Positions 35,917 to 49,890 are shown, counted from the whole stretch's first letter. The stretch is 63,957 nucleotides of DNA, filler included, from Octopus bimaculoides (GCF_001194135.2; 8 parts of 7 records of this genome joined end to end with filler, not necessarily neighbours in it), one strand, 5' to 3'. Program-made: numbers and translations. The notes: generated from the letters alone by a model not told the origin.

Positions 35917-36297
35917 GGAGGTGCAATGGCCCAGTGGTTAGGGCAGCGGATTCGTGGTCATAGGTTTGCGGTTTCGATTCCCAGACCGGGCGTTGTGAGT
36001 GTTTATTGAGCGAAAACACCTAAAGCTCCATGAGGCTCCGCCAGGGGGTGGTGGCGAACCCTGCTGTGCTCTTCCACCACAACTTTCTCTCCCTCTTACT
36101 TCCTGTTTCTGTTGTGCCTGTAATTCAAAGGGTCAGCCTTGTCACACTGTGTCACGCTGAATATCCCCGAGAACTACGTTAAGGGTACACGTGTCTGTGG
36201 AGTGCTCAACCACTTGCACGTTAATTTCACGAGCAGGCTGTTTTGTTGATCGGATCAACTGGAATCCTCGTCGTCGTTAGCGACGGAGTGCCAACAA
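35917..36297 (+). mobile_element. tRNA-derived SINE family D
   Basis: Head ggaggtgcaatggcccagtggttagggcagcgg...gtttcgattcccagaccggg (A/B boxes); tail ...gcgacggagtgccaacaa; partial match at 62330-62410. Confidence 0.85.
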
Positions 36298-36355
36298 TGT
36301 ATGTATGTATGTATGTATGTATGACTTGACGAATGGTTGGAAAGATGGGTGTGAT

Positions 36356-36603
36356 GAGTGCAGGTGGCCTAGTAGTTAGAGAGTTGCATTCACAATCGCG
36401 AAATCGTTGTTTCCATTCCTGGGCTGGGCGCTGAGTCGTGCTTTTGAGCAAAGCACTTCATCTCACTTTGCTCTACGATCACTTCCAAATCTGACATGAG
36501 GCACGCAGTTCATCCATACATGTCGCTGTAAACGAATAATTTGAGCAGGCTGTTCAATAAGTTGCAAGAAATCACCTGTCCTCTCCGCTAGATGAGTCAA
36601 CAA
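36356..36603 (+). mobile_element. Old tRNA-derived SINE (C/D-related)
   Basis: ggtggcctagtagttagag...gtttccattcctgggctgggcg...ttttgagcaaagcacttcatctcac. Confidence 0.6.
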
Positions 36604-36788
36604 TGTATGGATGTGTGTATGTGTGCATGCATTCGTGTCTGAGCGTGTGTGTGTTTGTGTGTATAAATACTAGTTTGACCATAAATGTGTTTTACTCTTT
36701 TTGCATGTGTAAGCCCTTTGGCCACGGAAGATAAGGTTGGAAAGTTGTCCTGCTGATGACTATTACTGAGGCAGAAACATGTATTTCC

Positions 36789-37022
36789 AGCGGCGAGCTG
36801 GCAGAATCGTTAGCACGCCGGACGAAATGCTTAGCGTTATTTCATCTGCCGTTACGTTCTGAGTTCAAATTCCGCCGAGGTTGACTTTGCCTTTCATCCT
36901 TTCGGGGTCGATAAATTAAGTACCAATTAGGCACTGGGGTCGATGTAATCGACTTACTCCCTTTGTTTGTCCTTGTTTGTCTCCTCTATGTTTAGCCCCT
37001 TGTGGGCAATAAAGAAATAAGA
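36789..37022 (+). mobile_element. Full-length SINE family A (tail A1) with 16-bp target site duplication
   Basis: agaaacatgtatttcc at 36773-36788 and at 37020-37035. Confidence 0.93.
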
Positions 37023-37373
37023 AACATGTATTTCCTTTTACTTCCACATTGCATTTGGCTACCGAAGCTTAGGAAGAAATGGAGTGTGGTATCATATACT
37101 TAGTCTCAGAGAGAAGGTTCGATTCGGTAAATGGTTCATATGGCCATATTAAACCGAAGGATAGATTCAATTAACAACCTAAGAACAAATGCAGCCCATT
37201 TAGCGAACCTACACACGCAAATTTCTTTCTGCGTAATTTATTTCCCAAGATCTGGATTGGTTTGCGGCTCTGACAGAATTTATTTACCAAAGTGCTGTAC
37301 CGAACGATCGAAACTGGTACGACACTATAACATACTGACTGTTGTAACGACATACCTACCAGAACTTCTCTTA

Positions 37374-37434
<61 letters not shown>

Positions 37435-38014
37435 NNNNNNNNNNNNNNNNNNNNNNNNNNNNNNNNNNNNNNNNNNNNNNNNNNNNNNNNNNNNNNNNNN
37501 NNNNNNNNNNNNNNNNNNNNNNNNNNNNNNNNNNNNNNNNNNNNNNNNNNNNNNNNNNNNNNNNNNNNNNNNNNNNNNNNNNNNNNNNNNNNNNNNNNNN
37601 NNNNNNNNNNNNNNNNNNNNNNNNNNNNNNNNNNNNNNNNNNNNNNNNNNNNNNNNNNNNNNNNNNNNNNNNNNNNNNNNNNNNNNNNNNNNNNNNNNNN
37701 NNNNNNNNNNNNNNNNNNNNNNNNNNNNNNNNNNNNNNNNNNNNNNNNNNNNNNNNNNNNNNNNNNNNNNNNNNNNNNNNNNNNNNNNNNNNNNNNNNNN
37801 NNNNNNNNNNNNNNNNNNNNNNNNNNNNNNNNNNNNNNNNNNNNNNNNNNNNNNNNNNNNNNNNNNNNNNNNNNNNNNNNNNNNNNNNNNNNNNNNNNNN
37901 NNNNNNNNNNNNNNNNNNNNNNNNNNNNNNNNNNNNNNNNNNNNNNNNNNNNNNNNNNNNNNNNNNNNNNNNNNNNNNNNNNNNNNNNNNNNNNNNNNNN
38001 NNNNNNNNNNNNNN

Positions 38015-38066
<52 letters not shown>

Positions 38067-39573
38067 GCATGTATGTATGCATACATGAAAAGTATACATA
38101 CATTTACCTACATACACACAAACACATACACACACATATATTTATCTCATACGATATGGTATAGTCCCTTAGTAATAATAGGTCGTAATGTCAGGTTTCA
38201 TTCTCCGCTTTAAGTAAAAAATTATCAGATAATAATATAACTCAGCCACTTGGATTTCTTGTAACAAATGCTCGTTTTGAAACATTGTAATGGATGTAAC
38301 TCATTATATGACATTGTTTGAGCTGAGATAGTTTCTCTAAGTATTTAGAGATATATAAGAGGACAGATTAATGCTGATAAGATCTGGAATAGCGAAACAT
38401 GTCTGCAATTATTATTTGGTTGATAACAAAAATCAGATTTTCCTCTATCTAAGTACGTAAATTAACTTCGAAATTTTGTGAGATTAATTCTGAATTCCTT
38501 ATAATCAACTTGTATTTTTGAAAGTCGTTAACAGTTTAAAAATTGCATTAAATTGTTATTTACATTCGTCGACTGAATTTTAATTAGACGTATGCAGCAT
38601 ATTATTGCTTATATATATATATATATATATNNNNNNNNNNNNNNNNNNNNNNNNNNNNNNNNNNNNNNNNNNNNNNNNNNNNNNNNNNNNNNNNNNNNNN
38701 NNNNNNNNNNNNNNNNNNNNNNNNNNNNNNNNNNNNNNNNNNNNNNNNNNNNNNNNNNNNNNNNNNNNNNNNNNNNNNNNNNNNNNNNNNNNNNNNNNNN
38801 NNNNNNNNNNNNNNNNNNNNNNNNNNNNNNNNNNNNNNNNNNNNNNNNNNNNNNNNNNNNNNNNNNNNNNNNNNNNNNNNNNNNNNNNNNNNNNNNNNNN
38901 NNNNNNNNNNNNNNNNNNNNNNNNNNNNNNNNNNNNNNNNNNNNNNNNNNNNNNNNNNNNNNNNNNNNNNNNNNNNNNNNNNNNNNNNNNNNNNNNNNNN
39001 NNNNNNNNNNNNNNNNNNNNNNNNNNNNNNNNNNNNNNNNNNNNNNNNNNNNNNNNNNNNNNNNNNNNNNNNNNNNNNNNNNNNNNNNNNNNNNNNNNNN
39101 NNNNNNNNNNNNNNNNNNNNNNNNNNNNNNNNNNNNNNNNNNNNNNNNNNNNNNNNNNNNNNNNNNNNNNNNNNNNNNNNNNNNNNNNNNNNNNNNNNNN
39201 NNNNNNNNNNNNNNNNNNNNNNNNNNNNNNNNNNNNNNNNNNNNNNNNNNNNNNNNNNNNNNNNNNNNNNNNNNNNNNNNNNNNNNNNNNNNNNNNNNNN
39301 NNNNNNNNNNNNNNNNNNNNNNNNNNNNNNNNNNNNNNNNNNNNNNNNNNNNNNNNNNNNNNNNNNNNNNNNNNNNNNNNNNNNNNNNNNNNNNNNNNNN
39401 NNNNNNNNNNNNNNNNNNNNNNNNNNNNNNNNNNNNNNNNNNNNNNNNNNNNNNNNNNNNNNNNNNNNNNNNNNNNNNNNNNNNNNNNNNNNNNNNNNNN
39501 NNNNNNNNNNNNNNNNNNNNNNNNNNNNNNNNNNNNNNNNNNNNNNNNNNNNNNNNNNNNNNNNNNNNNNNNN

Positions 39574-39604
<31 letters not shown>

Positions 39605-40704
39605 ACATATATACATATACCATCATCCACACACCCGCACATTATAGACTCACACACTTACACTTGCATACCTCCACACACGTCAAAGACACTAGCCCCT
39701 ATCCACACACACGTTCTTACATACACACACACGCATGCGTATCTTCGCTTTGGGATCACCAATGATTTATTATCTCCCCTTCTTTCTACCTCTACTGTCA
39801 CACCTTTTTTCCTCATCCAGTCGCTAAATCCACACATTTAGTACGGTATTATCCATACAATTTCAAAATAAGGTGATTAAAATCAAAATACGCAACAAGG
39901 ATATCCAGATGTAATACAGTACGATCGTTTCATGCAACTCCATTTAATTGAACAATGTAATCATTACATCAATTTAAAATGCAGAGCAATCCTCAGCTGC
40001 ACAAATGCATAGAATTGAATTAAATTAGAACAGATGGATACGTTAGTATAATTATACCTAAAATCTACAAGAATTTAAGGAGATAGACAAAAAACACGTT
40101 GATTCTACTACAACATAGAAGTTAATAAATAAAATGTCCAGAAGACTCTGCCTGTCACTAATTTTATTTGTTTTTTTAAATTTTAATTTATAGACTAGTT
40201 TACCAAATCTTGTATATCTAAGGTTTGAGAGAATAAAGGGCATTCTCTGTTAGGGGTAGGGGTGAGAGAGCAGACAGAAATCATAGTTGGTATAGTCATA
40301 AAATCATGAGGTTTGGTAAAGGAAAACTTAAAACAAGATGTTGGCTGACAACTAAGCGGGATCGCCCTCTAGCAGACCATTGATAATGACACAGGGGAAG
40401 TCTTATCATGTAGTACTATAGTTAAATGATTCAAAACAATGTAGCTATATTGTATACAGATAATGTTTATGGCTATTCAGAGGATTATTAAGAAGAATAT
40501 ATTAAGAAAAGGAAAGAAATTTTTGGCTACTTTTGAGTATATACCAAACTTTTACTACAATAGAGGGACGAAAAGAAATTATTCAGAAATCGTTTAATAT
40601 TTGTACATATTGTACACTTAAATACTAACTCATCATATGGTATCTATGAATATTGACTAATATGTATATACTGGTATTAATAAAGGAGTATTGAGGTAAT
40701 AGAA

Positions 40705-40831
40705 CATTCTAATTATATATTAATAAAATTATATTCTAATTATATTCTAATTATATATTAATTATATTCTAATTATATTCTAATGATATATTAATTATAT
40801 TCTAATTATATATTAATAAAATTATATTCTA
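40705..40831. repeat. AT-rich minisatellite (attatattcta / attatatattaataaa units)
   Basis: Direct inspection. Confidence 0.8.
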
Positions 40832-41250
40832 GGCGCGGGAGTGCCTGTGTGGTAAGTAGCTTGCTTACCAACCACATGGTTCTGGGTTCAGTCCCACTGC
40901 GTGGCACCTTGGGCAAGTGTCTTCAACTATAGCCTCGGGCCGACCAAAGCCTTGTGAGTGGATTTGGTAGACGGAAAATGAAAGAAGCCCGTCGTATATA
41001 TGTATATGTATATATATATGTATGTGTGTGTATATGTTTGTGTGTCTGTGTTTGTCCCCCCGACATCGCTTGACAACCGATGCTGGTGTGTTTACGTCCC
41101 CGTAACCTAGCGGTTCGGCAAAAGAGACCGATAGAATAAGTACTAGGCTTCCAAAGAAAAAGTCCCGCGGTCGATTTGCTCGACTAAAGGCGGTGCTCCA
41201 GCATGGCCGCAGTCAAATGACTGAAACAAGTAAAAGAATAAAAGAAAAAG
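40832..41250 (+). mobile_element. Full-length SINE family B
   Basis: tRNA-like head (tgtggtaag...gggttcagtccc), central ccttgggcaagtgtcttc block, internal (TA)/(TG) repeat, tail gcatggccgcagtcaaatgactgaaacaagtaaaagaataaaag; highly similar to 62730-63141. Confidence 0.92.
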
Positions 41251-42126
41251 AGCAGTGTTTTTTATATGTAGCGAATATACCAGTATAGTTTTATATAAGC
41301 TAAATATGAATTTATAGAGATACAATGATTAGCTTAATTTATTTATGAATAAATAAAGGCTAATTATAAATTAATAAAGAAATGAAATAAAATACTCAAT
41401 TAAGGCAGAATACCATAGAAATAAAATAGCTTCATTACTAATGCTATGGTAAAAAGTATACTTTTTCTATAAATCTTCTCTATTGGTGTTAATAAGTTAA
41501 ATATACTTTACCAAGGACCATACATACTGAGGTAATACACCAGGAGTGCCTACATATACATCTATCCCTTAGATGGTTGCATAACCTCTAACTTATATCA
41601 ATATATGTATATGTATAATTTGTTGGATGCCGGTGACTTCTGCTTCAAATATGATTACTTCAATGTCGCTGGACTGATGTAGAAACATGCGTTTGTATTG
41701 CTGCATATACTGTTTCATCAGTCAATTTAGTTCGTTGAAATATTACATCATTTTCATATTGGAAGAGATTTTTCATGAACTTAGTGTTATTGAAGAAAAG
41801 CTAACGCGAACGAATTTAACTATATCGTCTGGCTTCTCTGGTAGCTTTTTTCATACAGCAAATAGAGTAAATTGTACGGATCTGCAATTGACGAAGAAGT
41901 TACTGGTCCTAAAAAGCGATCTACTATAAGATATATAAGAAATCTTACTATGTACTTTAATATACAACCATGTAACACTTCTTTACAGGTGATTAGTTTA
42001 ATATATGTATTTATAATCCATCATTACACGAATAAATTAAAACTAATGAATTTTCTTAGAGTCCACTAAGATAAAACCTAACGAAATTAATGAACACATA
42101 CATACATACATACATACATACATACA

Positions 42127-42158
<32 letters not shown>

Positions 42159-43396
42159 CACGTATATACATACATACATACATGCATACTTAGCTATATT
42201 TATGCATACAAAAAAATATATTATATCCACTTACATTGTCTACATATCAACGTCTATATTGTATGCATATATATATATATATATANNNNNNNNNNNNNNN
42301 NNNNNNNNNNNNNNNNNNNNNNNNNNNNNNNNNNNNNNNNNNNNNNNNNNNNNNNNNNNNNNNNNNNNNNNNNNNNNNNNNNNNNNNNNNNNNNNNNNNN
42401 NNNNNNNNNNNNNNNNNNNNNNNNNNNNNNNNNNNNNNNNNNNNNNNNNNNNNNNNNNNNNNNNNNNNNNNNNNNNNNNNNNNNNNNNNNNNNNNNNNNN
42501 NNNNNNNNNNNNNNNNNNNNNNNNNNNNNNNNNNNNNNNNNNNNNNNNNNNNNNNNNNNNNNNNNNNNNNNNNNNNNNNNNNNNNNNNNNNNNNNNNNNN
42601 NNNNNNNNNNNNNNNNNNNNNNNNNNNNNNNNNNNNNNNNNNNNNNNNNNNNNNNNNNNNNNNNNNNNNNNNNNNNNNNNNNNNNNNNNNNNNNNNNNNN
42701 NNNNNNNNNNNNNNNNNNNNNNNNNNNNNNNNNNNNNNNNNNNNNNNNNNNNNNNNNNNNNNNNNNNNNNNNNNNNNNNNNNNNNNNNNNNNNNNNNNNN
42801 NNNNNNNNNNNNNNNNNNNNNNNNNNNNNNNNNNNNNNNNNNNNNNNNNNNNNNNNNNNNNNNNNNNNNNNNNNNNNNNNNNNNNNNNNNNNNNNNNNNN
42901 NNNNNNNNNTATATAAGCAAAATGTACATATATAAACATAATAACATATGTAGTTATAGATAAACGTATGTATGTTTGTATGTCCATATGTATGTATGCA
43001 TGCATGCATGCATGCAATGTAGACATTGCAACTCATCTGTGAGGATTCAGTTTTAAGTTCAAATTTTACTAGCGTTAATTTTGTTTATTTTCTATAAAAT
43101 CATACTCGGTGACTTTAGTGTAGTAATATAATGCATCAATAGGCTTACACATAGTGTTCGATCGAAATATGAATTGTAATAATTTGAATGCCTTCAGCTC
43201 CTTAAGATTATACAAACAATTAACAGGCCAAATGTGATAACTTATAAAAAAAAAAAGATTAGTTGATCGTAATTCTTTGACAATACAGACAGTGTAGATT
43301 CTAGAATTTCTGGTATTGAAGAGTAACTGGTAAGAGTAGTGAATATGTTTCGTTCTTATTACAAGCATTCAGCAAGGCTGCAAGCAACCTCATTAT

Positions 43397-43595
43397 TATG
43401 ATTGACCGTTGACTGAATACTATTCAATTTTTTTTTCTCCGTGTTTTTCTCCTTGTCTCCGTATTCTTTCTGTTGAAGAGCGTAGCTCGAAACGTCAAAG
43501 ACTTTCCGTATTCCCGAGCGTCATACTAATATATACTTTTGTTATTTACACCACCTGTCCTCGTCTGTTGTTATTATTTGTATATTCTCCCATAT
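43397..43595 (+). mobile_element. Repeat family P2 copy; hammerhead-like motif at 43465-43501
   Basis: Near-identical to 22116-22316; different left flank. Confidence 0.85.
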
Positions 43596-43695
43596 NNNNN
43601 NNNNNNNNNNNNNNNNNNNNNNNNNNNNNNNNNNNNNNNTTAATTAATTAANNNNNNNNNNNNNNNNNNNNNNNNNNNNNNNNNNNNNNNNNNNN

Positions 43696-43720
43696 CGTCG
43701 TCGTCATCATCATCATCATC

Positions 43721-43752
<32 letters not shown>

Positions 43753-43915
43753 CATAATCATCATCATCGTCGTCGTCGTCGTCGTCGTCATCGTCATCGT
43801 AATCGTCATCGTCATCGTCGTCGTCGTCGTCATCATCATCATCATCATCATCATCACCACCATCATCACCAACATTATCAGCATCGCTGTCGTCGTCGTC
43901 ATCATCATCATCATC

Positions 43916-43947
<32 letters not shown>

Positions 43948-44885
43948 CATCATCATCGTCGTCGTCGTCGTCGTCGTCATCGTAATCGTCATCGTCATCG
44001 TCGTCGTCGTCGTTATCATCATCATCATCANNNNNNNNNNNNNNNNNNNNNNNNNNNNNNNNNNNNNNNNNNNNNNNNNNNNNNNNNNNNNNNNNNNNNN
44101 NNNNNNNNNNNNNNNNNNNNNNNNNNNNNNNNNNNNNNNNNNNNNNNNNNNNNNNNNNNNNNNNNNNNNNNNNNNNNNNNNNNNNNNNNNNNNNNNNNNN
44201 NNNNNNNNNNNNNNNNNNNNNNNNNNNNNNNNNNNNNNNNNNNNNNNNNNNNNNNNNNNNNNNNNNNNNNNNNNNNNNNNNNNNNNNNNNNNNNNNNNNN
44301 NNNNNNNNNNNNNNNNNNNNNNNNNNNNNNNNNNNNNNNNNNNNNNNNNNNNNNNNNNNNNNNNNNNNNNNNNNNNNNNNNNNNNNNNNNNNNNNNNNNN
44401 NNNNNNNNNNNNNNNNNNNNNNNNNNNNNNNNNNNNNNNNNNNNNNNNNNNNNNNNNNNNNNNNNNNNNNNNNNNNNNNNNNNNNNNNNNNNNNNNNNNN
44501 NNNNNNNNNNNNACCACCACCACCACCACCACCATCACCACTATCGCGACAATCACCATCAACAGCAGCACTAGTGTCACCACCACTACTACTATTACTA
44601 CCATCACCACCACCACCACCAACAAAAACAACCTCAACAACATCCCATCATTATCATAATCATGATCATCAACATCGTCATCACCACTGTAACTGCCATC
44701 ACCACCACCACAATCACCACGACGACGAAGTGAAGATGACCGCCACCACTTCCACTACTACCACCACCACGCTGTCATCGTCATCATCAGCACCATTAAC
44801 AATGTCATCACCATCATCATCATTTACTGCTTCCCGCAGCAGCAGCGGAAGTAGCAGCAGCAGTAGTAGTAGCAGCAGCAGCAGC
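43696..44885. repeat. (CAT/CGT/CAC/CAG)n trinucleotide region with a roughly 190-bp higher-order duplication, split by an N gap
   Basis: Direct inspection. Confidence 0.85.
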
Positions 44886-46301
44886 GTTAGATAGAATGGA
44901 ATAACGGGATTATGCCTTGTCGTATTCGATTACGCCCCTTCAGATTCTATAGGGATCATTCTTTATCTACCAATCAGTATTATATGATTTATTATTTTAT
45001 TACCCCAAATTTTATTGCCTTGTGCCGCTTATAGAAATTAACACGTGTGTGTGTAGGGGGGTGCCGGTGTGTAAATGTGTGCACGTGTGTGCAGGCCCCC
45101 TCAAAAAATGTTACAGGGTCTCCTCCCGGACAAAGCAATGCCTCAGTGCCTATAGTATTTATTTATTTATTGACAGCAAGCCACAACATAGGTAGATTAG
45201 CATTGAGCTCCTAAACTCATCCCCATCGCCTGGATAAACTATCATGTGTGCCTATGCATTAAGACGGGACCCAGTGTGTGCGGCGTCGAGTGAAGCTAAA
45301 AACAGAAGCAGTGACATCCTAAAACCTCACAGCCTTCAATGTTTTAGCTTTTTTTTATATCAGTTTGTTATTTGCTTTTGTAATTATTAACTATATTAAT
45401 CGTTTGTTTCGACTTAGCTTTCAAGAAATTATATGCTGGTCGGGTGTTTCTCAAAATGGACAGTACTACCCGCTAGGGAGTGGTGGAAAAATTCGTATGA
45501 GTATTAGGAACAAATGAGGCGGTAGAGAGGTGATACGTGCATCTGTACATATTTTTTAGTCTTAGGCTCCTACTAATTTAAATATTTTTAATGTAATATT
45601 TCCATAAACATGTTGTTAGTTACAATAACAGCAATACGGATAAAAGCAATAGCAACGACAAAATGAACAGTAATAATGTACTTCGAAATATGAATACCTA
45701 TACCAATAAAACCGAATATAAACCCACCTATGTTGCTAGTATTCATTTATAGAAGGGTGATACTGGAGTAAGTAGACACGCGCCTCAAACTAGTACCCGG
45801 AACTAAATTTGTCTGGCCTGATTATACAAAAAAGTACATGAAAAATAGTGAGATGGATCACATTGAACCTTTGCAAGGGAGCGTTGAAAACATGTTATTG
45901 AAAGAAATCTTTGAGATGCACGGTGCTAATAGAACAGAAAAGAAAAACACTACTAAAATGATAGCAAATGCCAGATTAACCTATACTCTGTTTAGATTTG
46001 TTGTGGGATGCAACACTTCAATAGGAATATACGTATTATTGCTTTTATGTTGTGGCCATAACGCTATAATGCGGACATACGGACATACAACAATTTATTT
46101 TTCTTAACATTACTCGTCTTTCGTTCTTTTTCTTCCGTGTTTTTTTCCTTTTGCTTTGTCTTGCTTTTCTTTCCTTTTCTGAAACACGATTCCATCTGTC
46201 TCATTTTATGTATTTCCCACAAATTAACTATTACATACATACATACATACAGACATACATACAGACATACATACACACACACACACATACATACATACAT
46301 A

Positions 46302-46337
<36 letters not shown>

Positions 46338-46637
46338 CATATATATGTGTGTATGTATGTATGTGTGGTTCGTTGGTTCGTGTATATATATNNNNNNNNN
46401 NNNNNNNNNNNNNNNNNNNNNNNNNNNNNNNNNNNNNNNNNNNNNNNNNNNNNNNNNNNNNNNNNNNNNNNNNNNNNNNNNNNNNNNNNNNNNNNNNNNN
46501 NNNNNNNNNNNNNNNNNNNNNNNNNNNNNNNNNNNNNNNNNNNNNNNNNNNNNNNNNNNNNNNNNATGGAGAACACGTTAACTATTCAAAAATACACACA
46601 AAAACCCGTTAACTTCACTTAATTCTTTATTATTCGG

Positions 46638-46680
46638 TCCCAAAATTTTCGTCGCACCAACGGCAACCTGATCAATGACG
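46638..46680 (-). ncRNA. Degenerate hammerhead-like motif
   Basis: Minus strand gtca-TTGATCA-G-GTTGC-N7-GCGAC-GAAA-AT-T-T-tggg: 5-bp stem II and AATT palindrome, but core position 8 broken and stem I only 3 bp. Confidence 0.25.
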
Positions 46681-46755
<75 letters not shown>

Positions 46756-47204
46756 ACACCGCCACTGCTGCTATTAATACTACTAATACTGTCAACTCTT
46801 GCTGCTGTTTCCTCTTGTCTTTGATTTTTGGAAGCTTCTGTTTAAGGTTATTGATTTTCATTGACTGACTGACTGAGTACAATGTTAAAGGAAGACAGAA
46901 GGAAAGAAAAATGACAGGGCATGTGAAATGCAACAAAATTCCAGGTTAATTGACCAATTATGAGCACCCAATTAGCATGGCTGACCTGTGTCTATAACAA
47001 GAACATATAGTATAATCTCAGAACTTATATATAGGAACCAACAAACTTCGCCACAAACCACAAACTTGATGCAGTGGAATCGTGTCAGTGACCAGGTCGC
47101 AGTGGATGCGACGGAAGTTTGAAGTTAACAGCGTTTTTCTGTTTTTTTAATGGTTCATACGTGTCTTTCAAGATGTAATTGCATATATATATATATATAT
47201 ATAT

Positions 47205-47512
47205 AAAAGATAATAAGAGTGAAAAAACTACAGAAGGCTTGTGTTACATGGTTAAAGTATATATTTAAATTATGTCAGAAAAATGTTAGAAAAATGTTAT
47301 AAAATCTTTTTGGTATATAAACATTGTATTTTGAGAAATAACCGGTTTCGTGTTGTCTTTTCAAATTTCTCTACTTCATTGTGTCGTGTTCGCTCCAGTC
47401 TGAGAAAGAAGAGTTCTAGATAGGGGGAGGTAATTAGGGATTTCTTCCGGTATAGGGGAGATAATCGAAATCTAGGAGGTGGTAGAATTTGATTAATTTA
47501 CCATGGTTTTGT
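47205..47512 (-). mobile_element. Repeat family P1 copy
   Basis: Aligns to 32640-32940; preceded by (TA)n. Confidence 0.85.
47333..47371 (-). ncRNA. Minimal type I hammerhead ribozyme, identical (39/39) to 32756-32794
   Basis: Plus-strand gagaaataaccggtttcgtgttgtcttttcaaatttctc in both copies. Confidence 0.7.
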
Positions 47513-48180
47513 TCTATANNNNNNNNNNNNNNNNNNNNNNNNNNNNNNNNNNNNNNNNNNNNTTAATTAATTAANNNNNNNNNNNNNNNNNNNNNNNNNN
47601 NNNNNNNNNNNNNNNNNNTATATATATACACATATATATATATACAAACACATACATACATGTACAAGCACACACTTTTTCATGCCGGAGCATCGGATCT
47701 CTGCTCCTCTAATCTAAATATCTTTACATGTGTGCGTATGTTTGCGTGTGTTTATGTGTGTATGTATGTGCGCGCCCGTGTGTGTATGTATCTGTGTGTA
47801 TGTGTCTGAGATTGTGCTTATGTGTCCGTGTGTGCGTATCACGGACTTTCTATGATAACGTCTTTCAACCTCTGCCTGTATATTCAGTTATGTAATCTAA
47901 AGCGGGCGTTTATTTAGTTACTCAATGTAATTCATACACAATCTATAGAATCGCTGACAAATCTATAGCGAAGCCTACACATAGTGAGAGATGCTATCGT
48001 TCGCCTGTATAGCAACATGCGCTCATACTTTACATGTATACTGCCATGTTTTTACATACATCTTTCTAAATATGCATACATATAAATACACCCAACCATG
48101 TATATAATTATACACACAGAAATAGGAGTTGACACACACACAAGCACACACATGTATATATGTGTGTCTACAAATATATT

Positions 48181-48237
<57 letters not shown>

Positions 48238-48417
48238 TTACATGTACATATATATCTGCATTTTAAATCTGTCTGTGTATGTACGCATGTATGTATGTAT
48301 ATATGTATGTATGTATGTATCTATCTATCTATTTGTCTGTCTCTTTGCATATACATATATATATATATATGCATATATATCCATATATAAATAGATAGAT
48401 AAATAGATATAGGTACG

Positions 48418-48450
<33 letters not shown>

Positions 48451-49151
48451 GTGTGTGTGTGTATGTCTATGTATGTCTATATAGATATAAGTACACACAC
48501 ATGTTTATAGTTTTATTACTCTGTACCTACCAACTCCCTTAACGTACAATTGTAAATGCTCATATTTACATTTCCATTCAAATGCACGCATTTGCATTTG
48601 CATATAATTATTTTTTCCTATTCCCACTCTTTGATACATTCTCAGTCACACTAGAACGAAGTGTGTCGTTTATTGTTCACACTCTCATTCATTTTATTAT
48701 AGCATTTGAATAACAGCATCAAATGCATTTAATATATGTATGGACCATATACATTTCACTGCTTTGCGTTGATAAAATTACCTTATCAGAAAATGTACTA
48801 TTTATGCATATATACTATATTAATTATTTCCTCAGCTGTTTGATTTTTCTACATAATTCATTTGATATCACTCATCTATTAGCGAACGTATTGCAGTGGA
48901 ATAAATGACTGACTTTTATCTGTATTTTGTTTATAAGACTATTGGAGTAGAAGCGATAATAATTATATAGAAAGTGACGAAACCTACACCAGTTGCAGTC
49001 TTTATATTATCTTTACATCCGCCGTAGTGATAACCACCTCTTTCACACCATCTCTGTATCTCCGTATTTATATACATATACCCTTCCTATTCTGTATACA
49101 TATAGATAGATACATAGATAGATAGATAGATAGATAGACAGATAGTTAGAT

Positions 49152-49208
<57 letters not shown>

Positions 49209-49644
49209 ATTATATATATAAATATATATATATATATAATTATATATATAATTATATATGCATATACACACACATATATTTATATATTCACACATTCATA
49301 CATATATTTATACACACACATATATATATATATATGTATATATACATGCATGTATGCATGTATATATACTTACACATACATATACACAGGAATATATTTG
49401 TGTTTCTGTGTGTGTTTCTGCATGTGTTTGTGCTTGTGTGTGTATGTATGCGAGTGTGTAATGGAGGATAAGTTAATATTGCGTCGGCGGAGAGCAATGT
49501 AATATCGCAAGTAATTAAGAAATCATTTGGCTACAGTCTGTTTCGTGCAATTGTGCAACAGCTGCATAACTCCATTATTCACGCAGCATGACTTTGCTTA
49601 TCGTAGCGTTCCGCAGGCGTGTGAGGAACTAGAAAGCAATATCT

Positions 49645-49850
49645 CTTTCATCTTTCACTCGTTTCAGTCACTGAACTGCGGCCATATTGGGGTCAAGGCC
49701 TTACAGGTTTTCGACTATAAAAGTCAACGCCAGTATTTATTTGAAAACCTAGCAATTATTCACTCGATATCCTTAACTGAATCGCTAAGTTACGGAAATC
49801 CAACACCATCTGGTGGGCGAGTGACAACCTTAAATATAAACAGACACGCG
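49645..49850 (-). mobile_element. Old SINE family B 3' part
   Basis: gtttcagtcactgaactgcggccatattgg...gaatcgctaagttacgga. Confidence 0.6.
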
Positions 49851-49890
49851 CGCGCGCACAGACACACAGACACACAGACACACACACACA

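Noticed and set aside
41600-42069. Short ORFs on both strands in a unique AT-rich stretch
   Set aside because: No frame is clearly favoured, with no recognisable motif and no paired splice sites.
43648-44894. Poly-Met/Thr/His/Asp ORFs
   Set aside because: Translations of (CAT/CGT/CAC)n repeats across an N gap.
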